Shown: piece after piece, positions 46,300-57,722 of the stretch | Layout of the letters: every line of letters begins with the position of its first letter | Position numbering within the stretch: the first letter of the stretch is position 1 | Source of the DNA: Squalus acanthias | Lineage: Eukaryota | Direction of reading: 5' to 3' | DNA: 64,000 bases | Assembly (NCBI GenBank): GCA_030390025.1 | Contig: JASTWF010000123.1 | Coordinates: 806,001-870,000 of the forward strand | Position numbers and translations under genes: made by a program | Notes under the pieces: generated by a model | What the model saw: only the letters and a program-made list of their open reading frames with translations | Databases searched by the model: none | What the model was told of the DNA's origin: nothing

Positions 46300-49172
46300 A
46301 GACCTAGAAATTCGGGGGTTTAGCGGCACCCGTTACCGCCAGATTCGGGCAAAAAATGGCGTCCGCCCCACTACTGCCCGCTGCCGGCAGCGCTGCCGAT
46401 GTCAGTGATCGTTCGGGATATGTAGATGATGCAGATCGTGACGTCAGTGAGTGTGCAACGCTCGCCTGACGCCCAAACTGCGAGTTTGAAGTTCGCCGCT
46501 CCACTTACCGGCATGCCCGAAGCGACAAGTTGAGCAAGTGTTGACAAGCAGGAAGGAGGCTCCAGCAGCGGTATTTAAAGGGATCATCAGCAACTACTTG
46601 CAGCTGACATATTTGTTCAGTTTGACTGGCTCTGTGCCACTTTCTGCAACTCCAGCAGCTTTATTAACTTCTTTTAAGGTTCTAAGGTAACAGGGTATGT
46701 TGTTGCAAGTGGAGAACACCTTCAATCTTATTTAAAGGCTGCTGCTCACAACATTTGCTCAGAGTCACGGGGGCTCTACTGGCAGTCCCCCGCGCGCTCG
46801 AGTATCTTCGGGAGAGGGAGCGGAGGCAGCGAAGAAGATGAGAAGATGCGCGCAGAGCGAGGAGGAGGAGGGCTCTCAACAGGAGGCCTTACCCACCTCG
46901 GGTCTTCTGAGAGCACTTCTCTTAAATCCACTTAAGCGAGGAGCAGTATATTAGGAGGCTACGCTTCACCAAGGAGGTGGTCACAGCCACCACAGAAGCC
47001 AGTTCTCAGCCAATTCGATTCATTCCACGTGATATCAAGAAACGGCTGAGCGCACTGGATACAGCAAAGGCTTTGGGCCCCGACAACATCCCGGCTGTCG
47101 TGCTGGAGATTTGTGCTCCTGAACTAGTCGCGTCTCTAGCCAAGCTGTTCCAGTACAGCTATAACACTGGCATCTATCCGACAATGTGGAAAACTGCCCA
47201 GGTATGTCCTGTCCAGTTCACAAAAAGCAGGACAAATCCAATCCAGCCAATTACCGCCCCATCAGTCTACTCTCAATCATCAGCAAAGTGATGGAAGGTG
47301 TCGTCGACAGTGCTGTCAAATAGCACTTACTCACCATTAACCTGCTCACTGATGCCCAGTTTGGGTTCTGTCAGGACCACTCAGCTCCAGACCTCATGAC
47401 AGCCTTGGTCCAAACATGAACAAAAGAGCTGAAGTCCAGAGGTGAGGTGAGAGTGACTGCCCTTGACATCAAGGCAGCATTTGACCGAGTGTGGCATCAA
47501 AGAGCCCTGGTAAAACTGAAGTCAATGGGCATCGGGGGGAAAACTCTCCAATGGCTGGAGTCATACCAAGCACAAAGGAAGATGGTTGTTGTGGTTGGAG
47601 GTCAATCATCACAGCCCCAGGACATCGCTGCAGGAGTTCCTCAGGGCAGTGTCCGAGGCCCAACCATCTTCAGCTGCTTCATCAATGACCTTCCCTCCAA
47701 CATAAGGTCAGAAGTGGGGATGTTTGCTGATGACTGTACAGTGTTCAGTGCCATTCACAACTCCTCAGATAATGAAGGGTGAACACGGCCCTCCCAGTGG
47801 CAGTCAAGGTCACTGTGGCCCTCGATTTCTTCGTCAGCGGGTCCTTCCAATCTGCAGCAGGAGACACAGCTAACATCTCACAGTTCACCATCCATCACTG
47901 CATCCGGGAGGTCACTGAGGCTCTCTGCACCAGGAGAAAGGACAACGTTGTCTTCTCTCTGAGCAGAGAGAAGCAGGACGAGCGCGCATGTGGCTTTGCC
48001 AGGATAGCGGGCTTCCACATGGTGCAGGGCGCCATCGAATGTGTGGCTTTACAGGCGCCATATAACAATCCTGAGATCTTCCATAACCACAAAGGCTACC
48101 AATCACTTATTGTGTAGTTGGTGTGTGACCACGTCCAGCGCTTCCTGATGGGCAGTGCCCGCTCTCCTGGCAGCAGCCATGATGCCTTCATCCTGCATCA
48201 GTCCGGTGTGCCAGCAATCTTCCAGCCACCGCATGAAACTCGAGGGTGACAGCTCGGAGACAAGGGCTATCCGCTTTGCACCTGGCTGATGACTCCCCTC
48301 CCCAACCCCACCACTCGTGCCCAGCACTCATATAATGAGAGCTATGCCTCCACCAAGAACATCATCAAGCAGACCATCGGGCGACTGAAGCTGCCTTGAC
48401 CGCTCGGGAGGAGCCCTCCAGTACACGGCAGAGCGGGTGTCCCATTTCGTGGTGGTCTGCTGCGTGCTTCACAACTTGGCCATCTCATGAGCGATTGCGG
48501 GACCACCTCAGGAGGAGGACGAGGGAGAGGAGGAGGAAGTGGAGCATGAGGACGAGGAGTGAGGGAGGGGGCAGGCAGCCAATTCCCCATTCCGGGCGGG
48601 CTGGCCGTGAACGCCTCATCAGACTCCGATTCCAATGAATGAAACCCCAAATCTCCATTGCTCGCCACATCCCCATCATACCATCCCTCTGTCATGGAAT
48701 ATCAGTGTCTTCCTGGGCACAAAGCTGAAATGTGAGACACCACAAAAGATTCCAAACAAAATGAATAAATTTATCCAAAATCAATTCGCATATATTTACA
48801 TTTACGATATGAACTAATCACTCTTGTGCAATCTCTTAGTGCCTTCCATTCGGGTGCCCTTTCCTGGTCCTAGTGCTCCTACGAAGTACTCCCCCAGTGG
48901 CTGCTGCAGGGCGGGTGGAAGGCTGCTGAGTTTCCATGGGGGAGACTTCAAATGGCCTTACAGGACGACCTCAAGCAGCTCTGGCCCTAGAAGGCCCGGC
49001 TGTAGACCGCACCACCTCGGCATGGGCGGCAGCAGTTGGGCTGGCTGGCTGACAGGCAAGGGCAGTGGCGGAGTGGCAGTGATGGGAACAGGAATGCTGT
49101 CATCCTGAGAGAGGACAGTAGGGTCCTGCTCCACTGACCCACTGCCCCAGGACGGCACCTCAGCATTCCTAG
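46300..49172 (+). mobile_element. PIF/Harbinger transposon with degenerate transposase (46768-48638), split by a LINE; 3' end of the Myb gene on -
   Basis: RRPYPPRVF...RRLRFTKEVV, then ALPVAVKVTVALDFFVSGSFQ...GAI.C...KGYQS...PGSSHDAFIL...GDKGYP...WLMTP. The 3' region is similar to 5600-6540. Confidence 0.9.
46986..47777 (+). mobile_element. LINE family B internal RT fragment
   Basis: GPDNIPAVVL...ALDIKAAFDRVWH...GVPQGSVRGP...MFADDCTV. Confidence 0.9.
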
Positions 49173-49935
49173 CAATCTTGTCCAGTCTCTTCCCACCTAC
49201 ACCCGCGACTCTTCCGACGCCCTCCGCCACTTTAACAGTTTCCAGTTTCCTGGCCCCAACCATCTCCTTTTCACTATGGACGTCCAATCCCTCTACACCT
49301 CCATCCCCCACCAGGATGGCCTGAGGGCGCTCCGCTTCTTCCCTGAACAGAGGCCCAACCAGTCCCCATCCACCACCACCCTCCTCCGCCTGGCTGAACT
49401 TGTTCTCACATTGAACAAACTTCTCCTTTGACTCCACTCACTTCCTCCAAATTAAAGGTGTTGCTATGGGAACCCGCATGGGTCCTAGCTATGCCTGCCT
49501 TTTCGTGGGATATGTGGAACATTCTTTGTTCCAGTCCTACTCAGGTCCCCTCCCTCACCACTTTCTCCGGTACATTGATGACTGTATCGGTGCTGTTTCC
49601 TGCTCTCGCCCTGAACTAGAAAATTTCATTCACTTTGCTTCCAATTTCCACCCTTCCCTCACCTTCACATGGTCCATCTCCGACTCTTCCCTTCCTCGAC
49701 TTCTCTGTCTCCATCTCTGGGGATAGGCTATTGACAAACATTCACTATAAGCCAAAATAACAACAGAAAATGCTGGAAATACTCAGCAGGCCAAGCAGCA
49801 TCCGTGGAGAGAGAAACAGAGTTAACCTTTCAGGTCTGGGACCTTTCATCAGAACTGGAAAAAGCTGGAGATGTATCAGATATTAAGCAGGTGCAGAGAC
49901 AGCGGGAGTGGGGGGGGAGGGGAGGAAGGAATGGG
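49173..49935 (+). mobile_element. Penelope RT fragment (+) joined to an inverted terminal segment with hammerhead (-, about 49820-49856)
   Basis: MDVQSLYTSIPH...GVAMGTRMGPSYA...LRYIDD, then from about 49755 the reverse complement of the PLE terminus. Confidence 0.85.
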
Positions 49936-51015
49936 GGGAGGGGAGGAAGGAATTGAAGGAACATACTGTGCTGATGTAAGAGGCAGGAAAAATAAAATGT
50001 TGCAAATGGGAATGGCTAAATCATACAGCATGAAAAATGGGGGCTGGGGTTTTCAATTTCAAACTCACTCGTGCACTCACTGACTCACTCACTGACTCAC
50101 TCGCCCTCTCGCTACCCTCGCTCTCTCCCTCCCTCACTCCCCACCACACCCACCCCATCCTTCACAGGGAGGGAAGCAGTGTACAAAGAGGCTCTCTCGC
50201 TCCCTCTCCCTCCACCTTGCCTCCTCCCTCCCTTCTCCCCCACTCTATCTCGAATCCTCTCCCACTCCCTCTCCATCCTCCCTCCCTCTCTCCCTCCTCA
50301 CTCTCTCTCCCTCCCTCTCCCCTCCCTCTGCCCCGGCTCTCCCCTTCCCTCTCCCTCCTCCCTCTCTCCCTCCCTGGCTTTGCTCCTCCATCTCTCTCCC
50401 TCCCTCCCTCTCCTCCCGCCTCCTCGCTTCCTCTGTTCCCTCTCTCCCTGCATCCCTTTCCCACTCCCTCCTACAATGAATTTGCATGTAGGGGAATTCC
50501 CTCATACATGCAAATGGGAACCTCCTCCAATATCTGTTCCTGGTGTGTATTCCCCCAGTATCTGGTCCTGGTGTGTATTCCCCCAATGACTGTACTGGGT
50601 GGATGCCCTCTTACATGAAACTGGGAACCTCCCCCTATATCTGGTCTTAGTGTGTATTCACCCTAAATCTGGTCTTGGGGTGTATTCCCCCAATGATTGA
50701 ACTTGGGGATTCCCTCACACAGGTCCTTGGGTGCATTTTCCCAATGCTTGTACTGGGGGTGGGTGTAGGGGTGATGGTGATTCCCTCATACATGGGACTG
50801 TGAATATCCTACAATATCTGGTCCTGCCTATATTCTCCAAATATCTGGTCCTGGGGTGTATTCCCCACTGTTTATACTGGGGTGATTCCTTCCTAAATGG
50901 GGATGGGAATCTCCCCTAATGTTTGATCCTGAAATGCATTCCCAAATCACTGTACTTCGGGGGATTCCCTCGTCCATGGGACTGGGATTGATACAGGGCT
51001 ATGGGGAGAGATTAA

Positions 51016-51896
51016 CATAAGAACATAAGAAATAGGAGCAGGAGTAGGCCAATCGGCCCCTCGAGCCTGCTCCGCCATTCAATAAGATCATGGCTGATCT
51101 AATCCTAACCTCAAATCTAAAGAACACAAGAAGTAGGAGCAGGACCCGGCCACTCAGCCCCTGGGCCCGCTCTGCCACCCACAGGGCCTTGACCGATCCG
51201 TACTCAGCCTCATGTCCAATTTCCTGCCCGCTCCCCGTAACCCCTAATTCCCGTTACCTCTAGGAAACTATCTATTTCTGTTTTAAATTTATTTAATGAT
51301 GTAGCTTCCACAGCTTCCTGGGGCAGCAAATTCCACAGACCTACTACCCTCTGAGTGAAGAAGTTTCTCCTCATCTCAGTTTTGAAAGAGGAGCCCCTTA
51401 TTCTAAGATTATGCCCCCTAGTTCTAGTTTCACCCATCCTTGGGAACATCCTTACCGCATCCACCCGATCAAGCCCCTTCACAATCTTATATGTTTCAAT
51501 AAGATCGCCTCTCATTCTTCTGAACTCCAATGAGTAGAGTCCCAATCTACTCAACCTCTCCTCATATGTCCACCCCCTCATCCCCGGGATTAACCGAGTG
51601 AACCTTCTTTGTACTGCCTCGAGAGCAAGTATGTCTTTTCTTAAGTATGGACACCAAAACTGTATGCAGTATTCCAGGTGCGGTCTCACCAATACCTTAT
51701 ATAACTGCAGCAATACCTCCCTGTTTTTATAATCTATCCCCCTAGCAATAAAAGCCAACATTCCATTGGCCTTCTTGATCACCTGCTGCACCTGCATACT
51801 AACCTTTTGATTTTCTTGCACTTGGACCCCCAGATCCCTTTGTACTGCAGTACTTTCCAGTTTCTCGCCATTAAGATAATAACTTGCTCTCTGATT
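51016..51896 (-). mobile_element. Young 5'-truncated CR1 (near-identical to the 3' part of copy A), inserted in the first unit of the 49-bp array
   Basis: ORF 51210-51821 differs from the C-terminus of 36263-38662 at only a few residues. It has the same double 3' UTR. Confidence 0.95.
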
Positions 51897-54483
51897 GGAG
51901 CAGTGGGATTCGTTTGGAATTGATACAGGGCTATGGGGAGAGAGTGGAGCAGTGGGATTAGTTTGGGATTGATACAGGGCTATGGGGAGAGAGTGGAGCA
52001 GTGGGATTAGTTTGGGATTGATACAGGACTATGGGGAGAGAGTGGAGCAGTGGGATTAGTTTGGGATTGATACAGGGTCTGTGGGGAGAGAGTGGAGCAG
52101 TGGGATTAGTTTGGGATTGATACAGGGCTATGGGGAGAGAGTGGAGCAGTGGGATTAGTTTGGGATTGATACAGGGCTATGGGGAGAGAGTGGAGCAGTG
52201 GGATTAGTTTGGGATTGATACAGGGCTATGGGGTGAGAATGGAGCAGTGGGATTAGTTTGGGATTGATACAGGGCTATGGGGAGAGAGTGGAGCAGTGGG
52301 ATTAGTTTGGGATTGATACAGGGTTGTGGGGAGCGAGTGGAGCAGTGGGATTAGTTTGGGATTGATACAGGGCTATGGGGAGAGAGTGGAGCAGTGGGAT
52401 TAGTTTGGGATTGATACAGGGCTATGGGGAGAGAGTGGAGCAGTGGGATTAGTTTGGGATTGATACAGGGCTGTGGGGAGAGAGTGGAGCAGTAGGATTA
52501 GTTTGGGATTGATACAGGGCTGTGGGGTGAGAATGGAGCAGTGGGATTAGTTTGGGATTGATACAGGGCTATGGGGTGAGAATGGAGCAGTGGGATTAGT
52601 TTGGGATTGATACAGGGCTATGGGGTGAGAATGGAGCAGTGGGATTAGTTTGGGATTGATACAGGGCTATGGGGAGAGAGTGGAGCAGTGGGATTAGTTT
52701 GGGATTGATACAGGGCTATGGGGAGAGAGTGGAGCAGTGGGATTAGTTTGGGATTGATACAGGGCTATGAGGAGAGAGTACAGCAGTGGGATTAGTTTGG
52801 GATTGATACAGGGCTGTGGGGAGAGAGTGGAGCAGTGGGATTAGTTTGGGATTGATACAGGGCTGTGGGGAGAGAGTGGAGCAGTGGGATTAGTTTGGGA
52901 TTGATACAGGGCTATGGGAGAGAGTGCAGCAGTGGGATTAGTTTGGGATTGATACAGGGCTGTGGGGAGAGAGTGGAGCAGTGGGATTAGTTTGGGATTG
53001 ATACAGGGCTATGGGGTGAGAATGGAGCAGTGGGATTAGTTTGGGATTGATACAGGGCTATGGGGAGAGAGTGGAGCAGTGGGATTAGTTTGGGATTGAT
53101 ACAGGGCTATGGGGAGACAGTGGAGCAGTGGGATTAGTTTGGGATTGATACAGGGCTATGAGGAGAGAGTACAGCAGTGGGATTAGTTTGGGATTGATAC
53201 AGGGCTGTGGGGAGAGAGTGGAGCAGTGGGATTAGTTTGGGATTGATACAGGGCTGTGGGGAGAGAGTGGAGCAGTGGGATTAGTTTGGGATTGATACAG
53301 GGCTATGGGAGAGAGTACAGCAGTGGGATTAGTTTGGGATTGATACAGGGCTGTGGGGAGAGAGTGGAGCAGTGGGATTAGTTTGGGATTGATACAGGGC
53401 TGTGGGGAGAGAGTGGAGCAGTAGGATTAGTTTGGGATTGATACAGGGCTATGGGGAGAGAGTGGAGCAGTGGGATTAGTTTGGGATTGATACAGGGCTG
53501 TGGGGAGAGAGTGGAGCAGTAGGATTAGTTTGGGATTGATACAGGGCTGTGGGGAGAGAGTGGAGCAGTGGGATTAGTTTGGGATTGATACAGGGCTGTG
53601 GGGAGAGAGTGGAGCAGTGGGATTAGTTTGGGATTGATACAGGGCTGTGGGGAGAGAGTGGAGCAGTAGGATTAGTTTGGGATTGATACAGGGCTGTGGG
53701 GAGAGAGTGGAGCAGTGGGATTAGTTTGGGATTGATACAGGGCTGTGGGGAGAGAGTGGAGCAGTAGGATTAGTTTGGGATTGATACAGGGCTATGGGGA
53801 GAGAGTGGAGCAGTGGGATTAGTTTGGGATTGATACAGGGCTGTGGGGAGAGAGTGGAACAGTGGGATTAGTTTGGGATTGATACAGGGCTGTGGGGAGA
53901 GAGTGGAGCAGTGGATTAGTTTGGGATTGATACAGGGCTATGGGGAGAGAGTGGAGCAGTGGGATTAGTTTGGGATTGATACAGGGCTGTGGGGAGAGAG
54001 TGGAGCAGTGGGATTAGTTTGGGATTGATACAGGGCTATGGGGAGAGAGTGGAGCAGTGGGATTAGTTTGGGATTGATACAGGGCTATGGGAGAGAGTGG
54101 AGCAGTAGGATTAGTTTGGGATTGATACAAGGCTATGGGAGAGAGTGGAGCAGTGGGATTAGTTTGGGATTGATACAGGGCTGTGGGGAGAGAGTGGAGC
54201 AGTGGGATTAGTTTGGGATTGATACAGGGCTATGGGGAGAGAGTGGAGCAGTGGGATTAGTTTGGGATTGATACAGGGCTGTGGGGAGAGAGTGGAGCAG
54301 TGGGATTAGTTTGGGATTGATACAGGGCTGTGGGGAGAGAGTGGAGCAGTGGGATTAGTTTGGGATTGATACAGGGCTATGGGGAGAGAGTGGAGCAGTG
54401 GGATTAGTTTGGGATTGATACAGGGCTGTGGGGAGAGAGTGGAGCAGTGGGATTAGTTTGGGATTGATACAGGGCTGTGGGGA
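51897..54483 (+). repeat. 49-bp minisatellite, about 53 copies (ggattagtttgggattgatacagggctatggggagagagtggagcagtg)
   Basis: Read directly. A partial unit also lies at about 50984-51011. Confidence 0.97.
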
Positions 54484-55019
54484 GGAGTATTTGCCAGAAG
54501 CCAAACCACAAGCAGCTGGTTCATTGTAATAATAACCCATGGCCACTGGGTGGCAGTGCAACAGCACCAGATGTAGAGGGGCTGCTGGGAATGTCAGTGA
54601 AATTACAGCACAGGACGATCCCACTGGGCCAGAGGGGTCTGAGCCAGTGGGAGCTCTTCAACTGAGTCTGTCTGCCTCTAAAAGGGAAGGACAGGGAATG
54701 GCTTAAACAGTTAGTACCTCATTGACAGTGAAGAGCTCTCGAACATCCATCGGATGTGAAAGGCATTTAATAAATATCTCACTCTCTCTCTCTCTCTCTC
54801 TCTGTCTCTTTCTCTCACTCTCAGTCTCACTCTGTTCCTTACTCTGACTCTCACTCTCCTGCTGCCTCTGTCACTCTCTCTGGCTCTCCATGTTTCTCTC
54901 TGTGTCTGTCTGTCTCTCACTCTCCCTCTCTCTCCCTCTCTCCCTCTCCCTCTCTCTCCCTCACTCACTCTCCCTCTCACTTACTCTCTCTCCCTCTCTC
55001 CCTTTCTCTGACTCTCTTA

Positions 55020-56400
55020 GGCTGGCAGGAGGGTGTAAGGTGGCGGGAGGGTAAGATGCCGGGAGGGTAAGGTACGGGAGAGTAAGGTACGGGAGGGTAA
55101 GATTGCCGGAGGGTAAGATGACGTCCTCCTCCTTTAAGACGCTCCTTAAAACCTACCTCTTTGACCAAGCTTTTGGTCATCTGTCCTTACGTGGCTCAGT
55201 GCCAAATTTTGTTTGATATCGCTCCTGTAAAGCGCCTTGGGACTGCAGTAAAGGCGTTGTATAAAAGAGAGAGAAAAAGAGCAAATAGAGAGTGAGGGAC
55301 GATAGAGTGAGACAGAGAGAATAGAGATAGAATAGAAAGAGATTGAAAGATATATATAGAGAGAGACAGAAATAGAGTTTGCTCACAGTCACGGGGGCTC
55401 TACTGGCAGTCCCCCTCGCGCTCGAGTATCTTCGGGAGAGGGTGCGGAGGCAGCGAAGAAGTTGAGAAGATGCGCGCAGAGCGAGGAGGAGGAGGGCTCT
55501 CAACAGGAGGCCTTACCCACCTCGGGTCTTCTGAGAGCACTTCTCTTAAATCCACTTAAGCGAGGAGCAGTATATTAGGAGGCTACGCTTCACCAAGGAG
55601 GTGGTCACAGCCACCACAGAAGCCAGTTTTCAGCCAATTTGATTCATTCCACGTGATATCAAGAAACGGCTGAGCACACTGGATACAGCAAAGGCTTTGG
55701 GCCCCGACAACATCCCGGCTGTCGTGCTGGAGATTTGTGCTCCTGAACTAGTCGCGTCTCGAGCCAAGCTGTTCCAGTACAGCTATAACATTGGCATCGA
55801 TCCGACAATGTGGAAAACTGCCCAGGTATGTCCTGTCCAGTTCACAAAAAGCAGGACAATCCAATCCAGCCAATTACCGCCCCATCAGTCTACTCTCAAT
55901 CATCAGCAAAGTGATGGAAGGTGTCGTCGACAGTGCTGTCAAACAGCACTTACTCACCAATAACCTGCTCACTGATGCCCAGTTTGGGTTCCGTCAGGAC
56001 CACTCAGCTCCAGAACTCATGACAGCCTTGGTCCAAACATGAACAAAAGAGCTGAAGTCCAGAGGTGAGGTGAGAGTGACTGCCCTTGACATCAAGGCAG
56101 CATTTGACCGAGTGTGGCATCAAAGAGCCCTGGTAAAACTGAAGTCAATGGGCATCAAGGGGAAAACTCTCCAATGGCTGGAGTCATACCAAGCACAAAG
56201 GAAGATGGTTGTGGTGGTTGGAGGTCAATCATCACAGCCCCAGGACATTGCTGCAGGAGTTCTTCAGGGCAGTGTCCTAGGCCCAACCATCTTCAGCTGC
56301 TTCATCAATGACCTTCCCTCCAACATAAGGTCAGAAGTGGGGATGTTCGCTGATGATTGCACAGTGTTCGGTGCTATTCACAACTCCTCAGATAATGAAG
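55020..56400 (+). repeat. Local segmental duplication of about 45920-47777 (16-mer, L2 tip, Harbinger 5' piece, LINE-B fragment)
   Basis: The same element junctions occur in the same order. This copy lacks about 46268-46753. Confidence 0.9.
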
Positions 56401-56576
56401 CAGTATCCCTCAATATCTTTCCCTTGGGTGTATTCCTCCAATGACGGTGCTGGTGGTGGGTGGGGAGGGTTCCCTCTTACATGCGACTACGAATCCCTCC
56501 CAATGTCTGGTCCTGGGATATATTCCCTAATGACTGTACTTCGGGGGATTCCATTGTGCAGGCGACTAGGAATCTC

Positions 56577-57722
56577 AACAACAACAACTTATATTTATAT
56601 AGCGCCTTTAATGTAAAAAAAGTCCCAAGGCGCTTCACAGGAGTGTTCGCAAAAATAAATTTGACACCGAGGCATATAAGGAGATGTTAGGGCAGATGAC
56701 CAAAAGCTTGGTCGAAGGGGTAGGTTGTAAGGAGAGTCTTAAAGGATGAAAGAGAAGTAGAGAGACGGAGAGATTTAGGGAGGGAATTCCCGAGCTAAGG
56801 GCCCAGGCAGCTGAAGGCACGACCACCAATGGTGGAGCATTTAAAATCGGGGATGTTCAAAAATCCAGAATAGGTGGAGCACAGAGGTCTCGGGGGATTA
56901 TAGGGCTGGAGGAGATTGCAGAGAAAAGGAGGGATTTGAAAACAAGGATGTGAATTTTAAAATCGAGGCGTTGCTTAACTGGGAGCCAATGCAGGTCAGC
57001 AAGCACAGGGAAGATGGGTTAGCAGGACTTGGTGCGAGTTTGCACAGGGGCAGCAGAGTTTTGGATGACCTCAAATTTATGGAGGATAGAACTAGGGAGG
57101 CCGGCCAGGAGTGCATTGGAATAGTTAAGTCTAGAGATGATAAAGGCATGGATGAGGGTTTCAGCAGCAGATACTTTGAGGACGGGTGATATCACGAAGG
57201 TGGAAATTGGCAGTCTTAGTGATAGAACGATATGAGTAAGAAGCTCAATTCGTGATGAAATATGACACCAAGGTTGCGAACAGACTTGGTCAGCCTTAGA
57301 CATTTGTTGGGCAGAGAGATCAAATCAGTGGAAAGGGAATGGAGTCTTCCCGATATTTAATTGGAGGAAATTTTTATTCATCCAGTGCTGGATGTTGGAC
57401 AAGCAGTCTGATAGTATAGAGATGGTGGAGGGTTCAAAAGAGGTGGAGGAGAGGTAGAGCTGGGTATCATCAGCGGACATGTGAGAACTCACGCTGTGTT
57501 TTCGGATGATGTCACCGAGGGGCAGCATGTAGATGAGAAATAGGAGGGGGCCAAGGATAGATCCTTGGGGGACACCAGAGGTGACAGTGCGGGATCGGGA
57601 AGAGAAGCCATTGCAGGTGATTCTATGGTTACGGTTGGAGAGATAGGAATTAAACCAGGCAAGTGCAGTCCCATCCAGCTTGACGACGGTGGAGAGGCGT
57701 TGGAGCAGAATTTTGTGGTCAA
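56577..57722 (-). mobile_element. L2 LINE 3' portion (RT C-terminus to tail)
   Basis: GVPQGSILGPLLFLIYMLPLG...ADDTQLY...FLQLNIGKT and AETLIHAFIISRLNYSNALL, with a (gtt)n tail. Confidence 0.9.

Noticed and set aside
47779-48638. Host HARBI1 gene
   Set aside because: It has stops, frameshifts, a LINE insertion and a convergent Myb partner, so it is a transposon copy and not the domesticated gene.
50037-50618. Pro/Ser/Leu-rich ORF
   Set aside because: It is a translation of a CT-rich low-complexity tract.
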